A DNA stretch of 64,000 nt from Eubacteriales bacterium (GCA_045636465.1 JAZTXP010000069.1:1112-65111), one strand, 5' to 3'; shown: positions 41,111-50,966, numbered from the stretch's first letter. A program made the numbers and translations. The notes: generated by a model from the sequence alone, not told the origin.

Positions 41111-41809
41111 ATGGTATTAATAATCAGTCAAAAACTAAAAAATGCGGTCTCGCTGTCCGACATATTTTATTATATGAAGGTTCTTTCGTATCCATGCACA
41201 CCAAGTCAGTCTTTGAATGAACTTTCCACTCTTTACCGCGCAATTCTGATATATGAGCCTAATGATCTGCCCGATACGGCGGACTTTGTCCAAAAGCTGC
41301 GCAGTATCGCTCCTGTACCGGTGTTTGCCATTGCAAATGAGCCTAAAAAATGCAGAAGCCCTTATGTATTTGATAAAATATTCCCTTATGCTATTCTTTC
41401 CGGAAATCTCGGCAAGCAGATGCTTCTATATCTTTACGATAGAAATTTACCCCTCTTCGGTCAATATGCGTATATGGGGTTAGATTCTCGCTGTAACGTC
41501 AAAATAGCTACATATTATCTCAAAGATCTTAATGTTACCAAAACCGAAAGAATGATACTCTCCTTTCTCGCTCATACCAATCACAAGCAACAATCGACAA
41601 AGAATATTTTGAAATATGCTTTTCCGTATAACCGAAAGCCCACTGTCAGCTGCGTTCAGACCCATATATCAAAAATCAATGCAAAAGCCACCAAGGTTAT
41701 CTACAGAAAAATTATTGGATGTATCCCCGGCGCGGGATATTATATCATTGTTGCCGGAAATAAAGATATGATCCCAAGGAAAGAAGACAAGACCTCCCAC
41801 ATAGTATAG
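41111..41809 (+). CDS. Atypical regulator: degenerate receiver-like N-domain plus OmpR/PhoB-type winged-helix C-domain
   Basis: C-terminus has LNVTKTERMILSFLAHTNHKQQSTKNILKYAF...VQTHISKINAKA...IGCIPGAGYYI, matching the Trans_reg_C pattern. The N-terminus has an alternating beta/alpha character but no obvious phospho-acceptor Asp. AGGAGG SD lies 8 nt before the ATG. Confidence 0.55.
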   Translation: MVLIISQKLKNAVSLSDIFYYMKVLSYPCTPSQSLNELSTLYRAILIYEPNDLPDTADFVQKLRSIAPVPVFAIANEPKKCRSPYVFDKIFPYAILSGNLGKQMLLYLYDRNLPLFGQYAYMGLDSRCNVKIATYYLKDLNVTKTERMILSFLAHTNHKQQSTKNILKYAFPYNRKPTVSCVQTHISKINAKATKVIYRKIIGCIPGAGYYIIVAGNKDMIPRKEDKTSHIV

Positions 41810-41857
41810 TAAAAACTACTTTGCTATGTGGTTTTTATTTTATTGTCCGGAGGAAAT

Positions 41858-42559
41858 ATGATTAAGTTATCTAACGTTCTGCTTCGCTTTATCTCCCTAA
41901 TCCTGGGTATTGAAGAAGCCGCCAGCTTCCCACCACCACTAAAAAAGAGCGAAGAAGCTTTGCTTTTCAAGAAAATGAAGGATGGTGATATGTCTGCTCG
42001 CGATAAGATCATTGAGCACAATCTCAGACTTGTATCTCATATAATCAAAAAATATTACGCATCATATGAATATCCCGACGAGCTTCTCTCAATAGGAAGC
42101 CTGGGACTCATAAAAGCCGTTGACTCGTTTAAAAATGATTTTGGAACTAAGTTCGCAACATACGGTGCCAGATGTATTCAAAACGAAATACTTATGTTTT
42201 TCAGAAGCAAAAAGAAAACCCTGTGCGACGTATCAATCAACGACACAATAGACATAGACAAGGATGGCAATCCTCTTACCTACCTTGATATAATAGGAAT
42301 TGAGGAGCCTATAGAAAGAAATCTTGATCTTAAGGAATATGTAGAGAAAATCAGGGAATTTGTTGACAAATCGCTTGATAAAAGAGAAAATCAAATAATC
42401 GTATTGCGATATGGCCTTAAGGGTTACATGCCGAAAACTCAAAGAGAAGTCGCAAAATATCTCAACATATCCAGATCTTACGTTTCACGAATTGAGAAAC
42501 GGGCGCTGGAAAAGCTGCGCGATGAATTTGGAGAAAATATTCCTTCGTTTGATGATTAG
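41858..42559 (+). CDS. sigK: Sporulation sigma factor SigK (pro-sigma-K), uninterrupted
   Basis: ASFPPPLKKSEE pro-sequence junction, IEHNLRLVSHIIKKY, KFATYGARCIQNEILMFFRS and ISRSYVSRIEKRALEKL. The start is ATG 41858 after GGAGGAAAT. Confidence 0.9.
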   Translation: MIKLSNVLLRFISLILGIEEAASFPPPLKKSEEALLFKKMKDGDMSARDKIIEHNLRLVSHIIKKYYASYEYPDELLSIGSLGLIKAVDSFKNDFGTKFATYGARCIQNEILMFFRSKKKTLCDVSINDTIDIDKDGNPLTYLDIIGIEEPIERNLDLKEYVEKIREFVDKSLDKRENQIIVLRYGLKGYMPKTQREVAKYLNISRSYVSRIEKRALEKLRDEFGENIPSFDD

Positions 42560-42640
42560 CACCATGTATATTTTTCTGTTTCAGTGAAAAAATATACTCG
42601 GGGACTTCCCTACAAAAATGAAATGAGGCCTAAATTTATT

Positions 42641-42856
42641 ATGATGATCGCAAATAAAATCGCCCTCCTGCTGGCTATAATCGGCGGCATAAACTGGGGA
42701 CTCGTGGGATTATTCTCCTTCGACTTAGTGGCGTGGATCGCCGGCGGAAGCACTATGCTGTTAGCCAGAATCATATACATTTTGATAGCTATTGCAAGCG
42801 TGTGGTGCATTTCTCTTCTCTTCGGCGATGCTGAGGGAATAGAATCCAAGGTGTAA
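42641..42856 (+). CDS. DUF378-family small membrane protein
   Basis: IIGGINWGLVGLFSFDLVAWI motif and two TM helices. The start is set at ATG 42641. Confidence 0.75.
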   Translation: MMIANKIALLLAIIGGINWGLVGLFSFDLVAWIAGGSTMLLARIIYILIAIASVWCISLLFGDAEGIESKV

Positions 42857-42953
42857 AAATTAATGGGGGCTGTCTCGTTTTTAGAGGCAGCCCTTTGTTA
42901 ATGAGAAACGTATTGAAACGTATATTTTTCAATTCTCGGAGATATATTATCAG

Positions 42954-43487
42954 TTATCTGCAAAAATGCTCGACGTAATTATTGATCGCTTCCTGAATGA
43001 TTCTGCTTGCCTCTTCTCTTCCGCTGACCTCATTGACTGCGGTTTCCTTGTTTTCCAGATTTTTATATACCGAGAAGAAATGACGCATTTCATCAAAGAT
43101 GTGACTTGGAAGCTGATCAATATCGGTGTAATTATTATAATTAGGATCGTTGTATGGGATCGCAATTATTTTCTCATCGTTTCTTCCGTTATCTATCATC
43201 GAAATAACTCCGATCGGGTAAGCTCTTACCAAGGATAGGGGTTCAAGGGGTTCTGCGCAAAGTAAAAGAACATCCAGGGGATCTCCGTCATCACCAAAGG
43301 TTCTGGGAATAAATCCGTAATTTGCAGGATAGTGTGTTGACGTGTAAAGAATTCTATCCAGTATAATATACCCCGTTTCCTTATCAAGCTCGTATTTTTT
43401 CTTGCTACCTTTTGAAATTTCTACCACACAAATAAAATCCTCGGGATTTATTCTTTTTGGCGCAATATCGTGCCAAATATTCGACAT
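42954..43487 (-). CDS. ppa: Inorganic pyrophosphatase (family I)
   Basis: VVEISKGSKKKYELDKETG...YPANYGFIPRTFGDDGDPLDVL motifs. Confidence 0.93.
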   Translation of the reverse strand: MSNIWHDIAPKRINPEDFICVVEISKGSKKKYELDKETGYIILDRILYTSTHYPANYGFIPRTFGDDGDPLDVLLLCAEPLEPLSLVRAYPIGVISMIDNGRNDEKIIAIPYNDPNYNNYTDIDQLPSHIFDEMRHFFSVYKNLENKETAVNEVSGREEASRIIQEAINNYVEHFCR

Positions 43488-43725
43488 AACATATACCTCA
43501 TTTAATTTTGTTACACCATTATACCATAATCTTTTTTAATTTGCAAGTAAAATCGAATATTTTATACAAAAGGTTAAATAACCAAAGTTATTTATATTTC
43601 ATAAAATAATAATATCAAATAAAAACGTTTTTTCTGTTTAGAAATTACTAAATCCAGACAAAATATAGGTAGTAATTTAAGGAGATGGGACGTTTTGTAT
43701 TAATACAGAACATCGGTGTGCAACA

Positions 43726-44094
43726 ATGAACATAAAACGCGGAGATATCTATTATGCTGATCTGAGCCCTGTTATCGGGAGTGAGCAAGGCGGCCTCAGG
43801 CCGGTGCTTATAGTGCAAAATGACGTTGGAAACAAATATAGTCCTACGGTCATTGCGGCAGCTATTACATCCAAAATGAGCAAAACAAAGCTTCCTACAC
43901 ATATTGACGTGCCGGGCGAGGACACCGGTCTTGCAAAAGACAGCATCATACTTCTCGAGCAGATAAGAACTATCGACAAAAAGAGATTGAAGGAAAAAAT
44001 GGGACATCTTGACGATGTGACAATGAATTCGGTAAACAATGCTATTCAGGTGAGCTTCGGATTGGGGATAGATAAGAACGACGAAAATTTTTAA
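43726..44094 (+). CDS. mazF: MazF/EndoA (PemK-family) mRNA interferase toxin
   Basis: [49 protein letters not shown]...[13 protein letters not shown] is nearly colinear with B. subtilis EndoA/NdoA. Confidence 0.9.
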   Translation: MNIKRGDIYYADLSPVIGSEQGGLRPVLIVQNDVGNKYSPTVIAAAITSKMSKTKLPTHIDVPGEDTGLAKDSIILLEQIRTIDKKRLKEKMGHLDDVTMNSVNNAIQVSFGLGIDKNDENF

Positions 44095-44188
44095 TTTACA
44101 AGTACCATAATTTTTTCGATAGTAATAATTCGGATTATTACAGCATAGACTCCTATAGTTGATAATTTATAACTGGGAAGGTAAAAAG

Positions 44189-45127
44189 ATGAATAAGTTT
44201 ATGCCTGAGGGGAGCCTATTAACAAGCGAGGAAAATTATAGCTACTTAAGAAATTATGAGGGGCTTGAAAAAGCCATTAAGGATAACATTAATTTGGAGG
44301 CTACGGCAGTTTTATGCGATCACAAGCTGAATTTACACGTTGAGCTTGGAGATGGAATAAAGGGTATCATCCCAAAAGACGAAATACTTTATCCCTGCTT
44401 TGGCAAGGAGCCAAGGGATATAGCCATACTGACACGCGTCGGAAAAGCGGTAGTATTTAAGGTTAAAGAATTGGTAAGATCTCAAAGAGGAGATATCATA
44501 GCCATACTGTCAAGAAGAGCCGCACAAGAAGAATGTATAAAGGAATATACATCTAAGCTTATGCCGGGTGATATCATTCCAGCACGCGTTACTCACATAG
44601 AAAGCTTTGGGGCCTTCGTTGATATAGGGTGCGGGATAATTTCTCTGCTCTCTATAGACTCTATATCCGTATCAAGGATATCACATCCAAGGGATCGGCT
44701 ACGCGTGGGTGAAAGGATATACACGGTAGTCAAGGAGATAGACGAGGCAGGCAGGATATTTGTTTCGGAGCGCGAGCTTCTTGGAACGTGGGAAGAAAAT
44801 GCAGAGCTATTCAATGAGGGAGAAACTGTATGCGGTATTGTCAGGAGCATTGAAAGCTATGGCATATTCGTAGAGCTTAAACCCAACCTTGCAGGACTTG
44901 CCGAGTTTCGTGATGATCTTTCAGTCGGCCAATCAGTTACCGTTTACATAAAGAGTATAATTCCCGAAAAAATGAAGATCAAGCTGATAATAATAGATCC
45001 CTATTCGGAAAGCGAATTTGATGCGCCGCTCCAGTATTTTATAGATACGAACAAGGTAACACATCTCGACTCATGGACATATTCTCCCGATCAGTGCAAA
45101 AAATGTATTGGTACAGTTTTTGATTAA
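44189..45127 (+). CDS. S1 RNA-binding domain protein (about 3 S1 repeats)
   Basis: Repeated S1 motifs (GDIIPARVTHIESFGAFVDIG, GETVCGIVRSIESYGIFVEL). The start is ATG 44189 after GGGAAGG. Confidence 0.75.
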   Translation: MNKFMPEGSLLTSEENYSYLRNYEGLEKAIKDNINLEATAVLCDHKLNLHVELGDGIKGIIPKDEILYPCFGKEPRDIAILTRVGKAVVFKVKELVRSQRGDIIAILSRRAAQEECIKEYTSKLMPGDIIPARVTHIESFGAFVDIGCGIISLLSIDSISVSRISHPRDRLRVGERIYTVVKEIDEAGRIFVSERELLGTWEENAELFNEGETVCGIVRSIESYGIFVELKPNLAGLAEFRDDLSVGQSVTVYIKSIIPEKMKIKLIIIDPYSESEFDAPLQYFIDTNKVTHLDSWTYSPDQCKKCIGTVFD

Positions 45128-45337
45128 TATATAAAACGGTCTCTGAAGCTGCCAGCAATAGGAGATCGTTTTTTGCGTTTCTGCTCGAAATTATATCCGT
45201 AATATCATATTAACGCATTTCACTCGCTTACAAATAGAAGTTCAAAACGAAAAAATAAAATATTATTAAGTATGTAAAATACTATTGATTTTGGTAGAAT
45301 TATGTGGTAAAATATATATGAAGGGAGTGTGATCGAG

Positions 45338-46012
45338 ATGGTTTTTATCGGAAATGATTGGGATCAGGTATTAAAAGATGAATTTCAGAAGCCGTATTAT
45401 TTAGAGTTGCGCGAGTTTTTGAAAAAAGAATATTTCACAAAGGCAATATATCCGCCGATGAACGATATTTTCAATGCTCTGAAATATACATCCTATAAGG
45501 ATACGCGAGTGGTTATTCTCGGGCAGGATCCGTACCATGGAAAGGGACAAGCACACGGACTTTGCTTTTCTGTAAAGGAAGGTACTCCTCTTCCCCCATC
45601 GCTAAAGAATATTTTCAAGGAATTACATAGCGAATTGGGAATAGCCGAGCCTGATACGGGCGAGCTTGTGGGCTGGGCGAGACAAGGTGTGCTTCTTCTG
45701 AATACTACCTTAACAGTTAGAGAGGCCGCTCCTCAAAGCCATAAGGGTCGAGGCTGGGAGATACTCACCGACAGAATCATTGAAATTATAAACGAAAAAG
45801 ATTCTCCCGTTGTCTTTATGCTCTGGGGCGCAAATGCCAGAGCCAAAAAATCGCTCATCACGAATAGAAATCATCTGATACTTGAATGCGCTCATCCGAG
45901 CCCTCTGTCTGCATTTAACGGATTTTTCGGATGCGGACATTTCATTAAAGCAAATGATTTCCTCGAAGCCGTCGGCGCAAAAAAAATCAATTGGGAAAAA
46001 ATTAATAAATAA
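45338..46012 (+). CDS. ung: Uracil-DNA glycosylase
   Basis: ILGQDPYHGKGQAHGLCFSV and HPSPLSA motifs. Confidence 0.95.
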   Translation: MVFIGNDWDQVLKDEFQKPYYLELREFLKKEYFTKAIYPPMNDIFNALKYTSYKDTRVVILGQDPYHGKGQAHGLCFSVKEGTPLPPSLKNIFKELHSELGIAEPDTGELVGWARQGVLLLNTTLTVREAAPQSHKGRGWEILTDRIIEIINEKDSPVVFMLWGANARAKKSLITNRNHLILECAHPSPLSAFNGFFGCGHFIKANDFLEAVGAKKINWEKINK

Positions 46013-46034
46013 ACATAGATTGGAGTATTTAATT

Positions 46035-46607
46035 ATGAAGCTTTTAGAAGAACGAATTCAAAAAGATGCAAAGGTATTACCCGGTAACGTAGTAAAGGTC
46101 GACTCCTTTCTTAATCAGCAGCTGGACGTAGATCTTTTGTCGAAGTGCGGTAAAGAATGGCACGATATTTTTGGCGGCGAGGGAGTTACAAAGATCCTCA
46201 CCGTGGAATCAACCGGTATTGGCATCGCTTGTCTTGCCGCTATCCATTTTGGAGTACCTGTAGTTTATGCAAAAAAGACACGCGGTCTTATTGACACAAA
46301 CGAATACATAGTCTCCAGAGTTGTTTCATATACACACGGAACAGTTTACGACCTCTATTGCAATAAGGATTTTCTTACCAAGGACGACACAGTTCTCATT
46401 ATTGACGATTTCCTTGCTAACGGAAGCGCGCTTAAGGCCTTGATCAAGATGGTAGAAAAATCCGGTGCAAAGCTTGTGGGAGCAGGAATTGCTATAGAAA
46501 AGCTCTACAAAAACGGAGGAAATAACATCCGCGAAAACGGCTACCGCATAGAATCGCTGGCAAAAATCGCCTCAATCGATGAAAACGGAATTATAACCTT
46601 TGGTTAA
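46035..46607 (+). CDS. xpt: Xanthine phosphoribosyltransferase
   Basis: MKLLEERIQKDAKVLPGNVVKVDSFLNQQ... plus the PRPP motif VLIIDDFLANGSA. The start is ATG 46035 after TGGAG. Confidence 0.92.
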   Translation: MKLLEERIQKDAKVLPGNVVKVDSFLNQQLDVDLLSKCGKEWHDIFGGEGVTKILTVESTGIGIACLAAIHFGVPVVYAKKTRGLIDTNEYIVSRVVSYTHGTVYDLYCNKDFLTKDDTVLIIDDFLANGSALKALIKMVEKSGAKLVGAGIAIEKLYKNGGNNIRENGYRIESLAKIASIDENGIITFG

Positions 46608-46725
46608 CCCTTTATTATGTACCAACTAAAAAACGAGAGAGCAAAGCGATATTTTCGCCGAGCTTTCTCGTTTTTATGTTATATAGATGCAAGATGCGAA
46701 GCTTGGGTAACTCCAAAAGCCTTTT

Positions 46726-47559
46726 TCAGCTTAAGGCGAAATACAGAAGCACAACAGCTCCAAGCACGATGCGATATATTCCAAAAGCGGTAAAATTATG
46801 TCTGCGTACAAATTCCATTAAGAATTTTATAGATACCAATGAAACAATGAATGAAATGACTATGCCAACTATGAGCATCCAAACCTCGAGTGCTGTCATT
46901 GCGAGGCCTGCCAAAATAAATTTCAGTATCTTCAAAAGCGATGCGCCAAGCATAATGGGGATTGCCATAAAGAAGGAAAACTCAGCGCTCGCGCTACGGC
47001 TCACGCCTGAAAGCATACCACCAATAATGGTTGAGCCCGATCTTGACGTTCCGGGAATAAGCGAAAGTACCTGGAAAAGACCTATTTTTATAGCATCCTT
47101 ATATGTTATATCGTAAACATCATTTACGGCGAAGGTGTTGACTTCCCTTTTCTCTCTGTATTTCTCTATTGCTATAAAGGCTATGCCGTAAATGATAAGG
47201 GCAAGAGCGACTACCACGTAGTTATAAAAATGCTCGTCAAACCAATCGTCAAAAAGAACGCCTATCACTCCTGCAGGGGCAACACCAACTAAGACCTTGC
47301 ACCACAATGATAAAACCTTGTTTCTCCGCTCTTCGCTTTTTGATTTTCCAAAGGGATTGAGCTTATCAAAAAACAAAACGGGAACCGAAAGAATGGCGCC
47401 AAGCTGTATTACGACGAAAAAAAGCTCCTTGAAGCCTTCGCTTGCATCTAGTTTCAAAAACTCGTCAACAAGGATCATATGTCCTGTAGAGCTTACCGGA
47501 AGCCATTCGGTTATTCCTTCGATAATACCAAGTATTATGGCCTTGAATATTTCTATCAT
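46726..47559 (-). CDS. uppP: Undecaprenyl-diphosphate phosphatase UppP/BacA
   Basis: GIIEGITEWLPVSSTGH and PGTSRSGSTI motifs. Confidence 0.95.
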   Translation of the reverse strand: MIEIFKAIILGIIEGITEWLPVSSTGHMILVDEFLKLDASEGFKELFFVVIQLGAILSVPVLFFDKLNPFGKSKSEERRNKVLSLWCKVLVGVAPAGVIGVLFDDWFDEHFYNYVVVALALIIYGIAFIAIEKYREKREVNTFAVNDVYDITYKDAIKIGLFQVLSLIPGTSRSGSTIIGGMLSGVSRSASAEFSFFMAIPIMLGASLLKILKFILAGLAMTALEVWMLIVGIVISFIVSLVSIKFLMEFVRRHNFTAFGIYRIVLGAVVLLYFALS

Positions 47560-47574
47560 ATCTACCTCACGTAT

Positions 47575-48804
47575 TTAAGATGCGCGGATTATATCTCCCG
47601 GCTTGATCTCAACGGATACGGGCATAAAGAATCTCATATAGGGATGGCTCGTTCCTGTGATCTCGTTCATATTTTCGTCATAGAGCTTTGTCACAGTCAG
47701 GGTGCTTCCCACTTTGCCGGGAGTTAAAAACTCAATCTTATCACCTACAACCATTTTGTTTCTTTGGGTAAACTCGGCAAGTCCGGTTTCTTTATCGTAG
47801 CCAACGGCAACTGCTAAAAAAGCTTTATCCTTTATATAACCGTTGTTTTTTGTCAAGTTAGCATCGGTATGGGAGTTGGAATAATAATACCCTGTTGCAT
47901 AGTCTCTATGGCTTACTGACTCAAGCTCACGATACCAAAGAGGATCGTATTGATAATTACCGCTGAAATAAGAATCAATAGCCATTTTATAGGTGTTGGT
48001 TACTACAGCGGTATAATATGCAGATTTCATTCTGCCCTCGATCTTGAAGGAATCAATACCTGCCTCTATCAGCTCGGGTATATGCTCAATGGTGCAGGTA
48101 TCGCGGCTTGCCATAATAAAGGTTTCGCCGTTGATCTCCTCAATGGGTAATGAAGCATCGGGGCGCTTCTCCTCACTGATCTCGTATCCGCGAATTGTAT
48201 AATTCCATCTGCAGGGCTGCGCACACATACCTCTATTGGCATCCCTGCCTACGATCTGACCCGAAAGAAGGCATCTGCCACTATATGATATGCACATAGA
48301 GCCGTGAATAAAACACTCAAGCTCAAGATCCTCGGGAATCTCTGCTTTTATAGCCTTGATCTCTTCAAGAGTAAGTTCGCGCGCAAGAACTACTCTTTTT
48401 GCGCCGAGAGAATACCAAGCCTTACAATCTGCCGCGCTTACGGCATTTGCCTGGGTGGAAATATGGATCTCCATATTGGGTAAAAGCTCTTTTACAAGCA
48501 TCAATACTCCAATATCTGCGATTATCATAGCATCAAGGCCTATATCGGCAAGATCGGCAAGATAACCGCGCAAGAGCTTATATTCATATTCTCTTGGCAT
48601 TGTATTAAGCGTAAGATATACCTTTACATCCCGTTCGTGGGCATACTTAACTGCCTCGCGAAGCTCATCTATAGAAAAATTATCAGCCGCAGCGCGCATG
48701 CCGAAAATTTCTCCCGCTAGATATACCGCGTTTGCGCCGTAAAGAATAGCGGAACGCATTTTTTCAAAGTTGCCTGCAGGTGACAAAAGCTCAGGTCTTT
48801 TCAT
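47575..48804 (-). CDS. Peptidase U32 family protein (collagenase-like / tRNA hydroxylation TrhP-like)
   Basis: MKRPELLSPAGNFEKMRSAILYGANAVYLAG and E..IHGSMCISYSGRCLLS motifs. The start is ATG 48804 with a GGAG SD. Confidence 0.88.
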   Translation of the reverse strand: MKRPELLSPAGNFEKMRSAILYGANAVYLAGEIFGMRAAADNFSIDELREAVKYAHERDVKVYLTLNTMPREYEYKLLRGYLADLADIGLDAMIIADIGVLMLVKELLPNMEIHISTQANAVSAADCKAWYSLGAKRVVLARELTLEEIKAIKAEIPEDLELECFIHGSMCISYSGRCLLSGQIVGRDANRGMCAQPCRWNYTIRGYEISEEKRPDASLPIEEINGETFIMASRDTCTIEHIPELIEAGIDSFKIEGRMKSAYYTAVVTNTYKMAIDSYFSGNYQYDPLWYRELESVSHRDYATGYYYSNSHTDANLTKNNGYIKDKAFLAVAVGYDKETGLAEFTQRNKMVVGDKIEFLTPGKVGSTLTVTKLYDENMNEITGTSHPYMRFFMPVSVEIKPGDIIRAS

Positions 48805-48876
48805 ATAGTCACTCCGTTCTGTAAAAAACATTTTTATGAAATAATTGTATCACAATTATAATACTTTTGCAATACC

Positions 48877-49974
48877 CTATTTTAATTTTGCAATTATATC
48901 GATTTCCCAGGCAGGTACTGCTCTGAGCCTCTGAAGATATATATTGTAAAACTCGTATTTTTCGTGAATATAATTGATCAGGGAGAATATATCACGGCTT
49001 CTGTGATAAGCAGAAACCAATAGTGTAGGCTTATGCTCCAATATGATTTTGTCCGATCCGAGAAGCGCTTCAAACTCTGCACCTTCCACATCATATTTAA
49101 TATAGTCTATTTTATCCGAGGTTATACCGTCCAGCTTCACTGTGGCTACCGTATTATCCTTATGCTCGTAGGACGAGGTTGATGATATGGAAGAATTGCG
49201 GTTAGCACTGCCGAAAAAGGATGATTCACCATCCTTATCAAATACTGCCGCATTGATGCACTCTACCAAAATGTCGACTTCTGCCTCGGAATATTTTGCG
49301 AGTTTCTTGAAAGTTTTGGGATCAGGCTCTATAGCATAGGCTTTTTTTAGGTTGGGGAAATACTTTTTTGAATCTCTTACAGTATCGCCATTATAGGCTC
49401 CTGCATCTATGATATTCTCAAACTTCTCGCCGCCAATGAAGCTATAAAGCTCATCTTTTGCGGAATAGGCGGATTCGAGATAACCAAGCTTACCTGTGAG
49501 CTTATAGTTGATTATATTGGCAAATGCATTCTTTGAATTATCATCTGCCAGCGCTTCATAAGCCGCCAGAATATCGTTATAGTTCTTGTTATAGAATTCT
49601 CTATCGAAATATTCTTCCCCTGCCACCGGCATATCGGGAATATATAGATCATACTTTCTGTCGATATCCTCGAACAGCGCGATCACCTCATCGCGATTGG
49701 ACGCAAATGACAGAACGATAACAAAATCAGAATACTCTGCTTTTATCTCGGAAAATGATTTTACTCTTTTGCCGTGAAATGAATGTCCGCGCACAAATCC
49801 GTCTGAAGCGAAAAAATCTACGATGGTTATTCCGTATTTTTCAAATCTTTTTATAAGCTTATCTGCGCCATTGCCCATTCCGTAGACTACTATGGGACGA
49901 TCCTCGCGGGATAATTCGTCCCACATATCGATCTTGCACGGATATTCGGGTAAGACTGCTTTTCTGTAAATCAT
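48877..49974 (-). CDS. FkbM-family methyltransferase
   Basis: IIDAGAYNGDT ... AIEPDPKTFKKL ... IDYIKYDVEGAE pattern of the FkbM-type SAM methyltransferase domain, preceded by an N-terminal Rossmann-like extension. Confidence 0.7.
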   Translation of the reverse strand: MIYRKAVLPEYPCKIDMWDELSREDRPIVVYGMGNGADKLIKRFEKYGITIVDFFASDGFVRGHSFHGKRVKSFSEIKAEYSDFVIVLSFASNRDEVIALFEDIDRKYDLYIPDMPVAGEEYFDREFYNKNYNDILAAYEALADDNSKNAFANIINYKLTGKLGYLESAYSAKDELYSFIGGEKFENIIDAGAYNGDTVRDSKKYFPNLKKAYAIEPDPKTFKKLAKYSEAEVDILVECINAAVFDKDGESSFFGSANRNSSISSTSSYEHKDNTVATVKLDGITSDKIDYIKYDVEGAEFEALLGSDKIILEHKPTLLVSAYHRSRDIFSLINYIHEKYEFYNIYLQRLRAVPAWEIDIIAKLK

Positions 49975-50081
49975 AAATACTCCGTAATATTTTTACCTTC
50001 GGGGTTGAATTTTCTCTGAAAATGTGCTATTATAAATATAATGATCTTCATTGGGGTCAAAACTTTTTGAAAGGTAAAAAT

Positions 50082-50420
50082 ATGAATTGTTTGTTTTGTA
50101 GTATAATCAAGGGAAATATTCCCTCAACAAAGGTATATGAAGACGAATATTGCTATGCATTTATGGATATAGCACCTCAAGCCCCCATGCATTGCATCGT
50201 GGTTCCAAAGGCACATATCGCCTCTGCTGACGATATAAACGAGGAAAACAGCGTATATGCATCCAAAATATTCGAAGCTATTCCCCATATTGCATCCAAG
50301 CTTGGGCTTGATGGCGGATACAGAGTTATTACGAACATAGGCGATGACGGCTGTCAGTCGGTAAAGCATCTCCACTTCCACATACTTGGCGGAAAGAAGC
50401 TCCCCGAAAACATTGTGTAA
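50082..50420 (+). CDS. HIT-family (Hint-like) nucleotide hydrolase
   Basis: CLFCSII...; histidine triad HLHFHILGG. Confidence 0.9.
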   Translation: MNCLFCSIIKGNIPSTKVYEDEYCYAFMDIAPQAPMHCIVVPKAHIASADDINEENSVYASKIFEAIPHIASKLGLDGGYRVITNIGDDGCQSVKHLHFHILGGKKLPENIV

Positions 50421-50492
50421 TCCTCATAATACTAAAAAAAGTGGCTTGAACGCCACTTTTTTAGTTAATTTCATTGAAATTACTTACTAAGA

Positions 50493-50834
50493 TTAAATCT
50501 TTTCCTTAACCTTAGCAGCCTTACCAACTCTGCCTCTGAGGTAGTAGAGCTTAGCGCGGCGAACCTTAGCTTCGCGGTATACTACGATCTTCTCAACGTT
50601 AGGAGAGTGGATGGGGAAAGTCTTCTCAACGCCTACACCGTAAGAAATCTTTCTAACAGTGAATGTCTCGGAGATGCCGCCACCGTGTCTTGCGATAACG
50701 GTACCGTCAAACATCTGAGTTCTTTCCTTTTCGCCCTCGACGATTCTGATGTAAACCTTTACACTGTCGCCGATACCGAATGCGGGCACTTCGGTCTTAA
50801 GCTGCTCACTTACAAAAGCCTGGATCTTTTCCAT
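50493..50834 (-). CDS. rplS: 50S ribosomal protein L19
   Basis: ...[60 protein letters not shown].... The start is ATG 50834 after AAGGAGG. Confidence 0.96.
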   Translation of the reverse strand: MEKIQAFVSEQLKTEVPAFGIGDSVKVYIRIVEGEKERTQMFDGTVIARHGGGISETFTVRKISYGVGVEKTFPIHSPNVEKIVVYREAKVRRAKLYYLRGRVGKAAKVKEKI

Positions 50835-50937
50835 TTTGATGGCCTCCTTATTTACTTCGAACATTCATGCGAGAGCTTGCAGAGGACTGTTCTGATATTT
50901 TCTGTCTTGCCAAATAGGCATATGCACAGTTGTAGTA

Positions 50938-50966
50938 ATTATATCACACAACTTATTAAAAATCAA
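50938..50966 (-). promoter_or_regulatory. Sigma-A promoter of monocistronic rplS (about 100-nt leader)
   Basis: Minus strand: TTGATT, 17-nt spacer, TATAAT. Confidence 0.6.

Noticed and set aside
41858-42559. Intervening (skin-like) element in sigK
   Set aside because: The sigK reading frame is continuous from the pro-sequence to region 4.2, so there is no interruption.
43685-43729. 14-codon uORF as the MazE-type antitoxin
   Set aside because: It is far too short for any known MazE/AbrB/RHH antitoxin fold, and the SD abuts the ATG with zero spacing. It is kept only as a possible translational-coupling element (see the MazF finding).
45882-46034. 51-codon N-terminal extension of xpt in the ORF track
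   Set aside because: It overlaps the 3' end of ung in another frame. The canonical Xpt N-terminus (MKLLEERI) starts at ATG 46035, right after a TGGAG SD.
46013-46034. Expected purine (guanine) riboswitch upstream of xpt
   Set aside because: Only 22 nt separate ung and xpt, which leaves no room for an aptamer. xpt here is apparently co-transcribed with ung.
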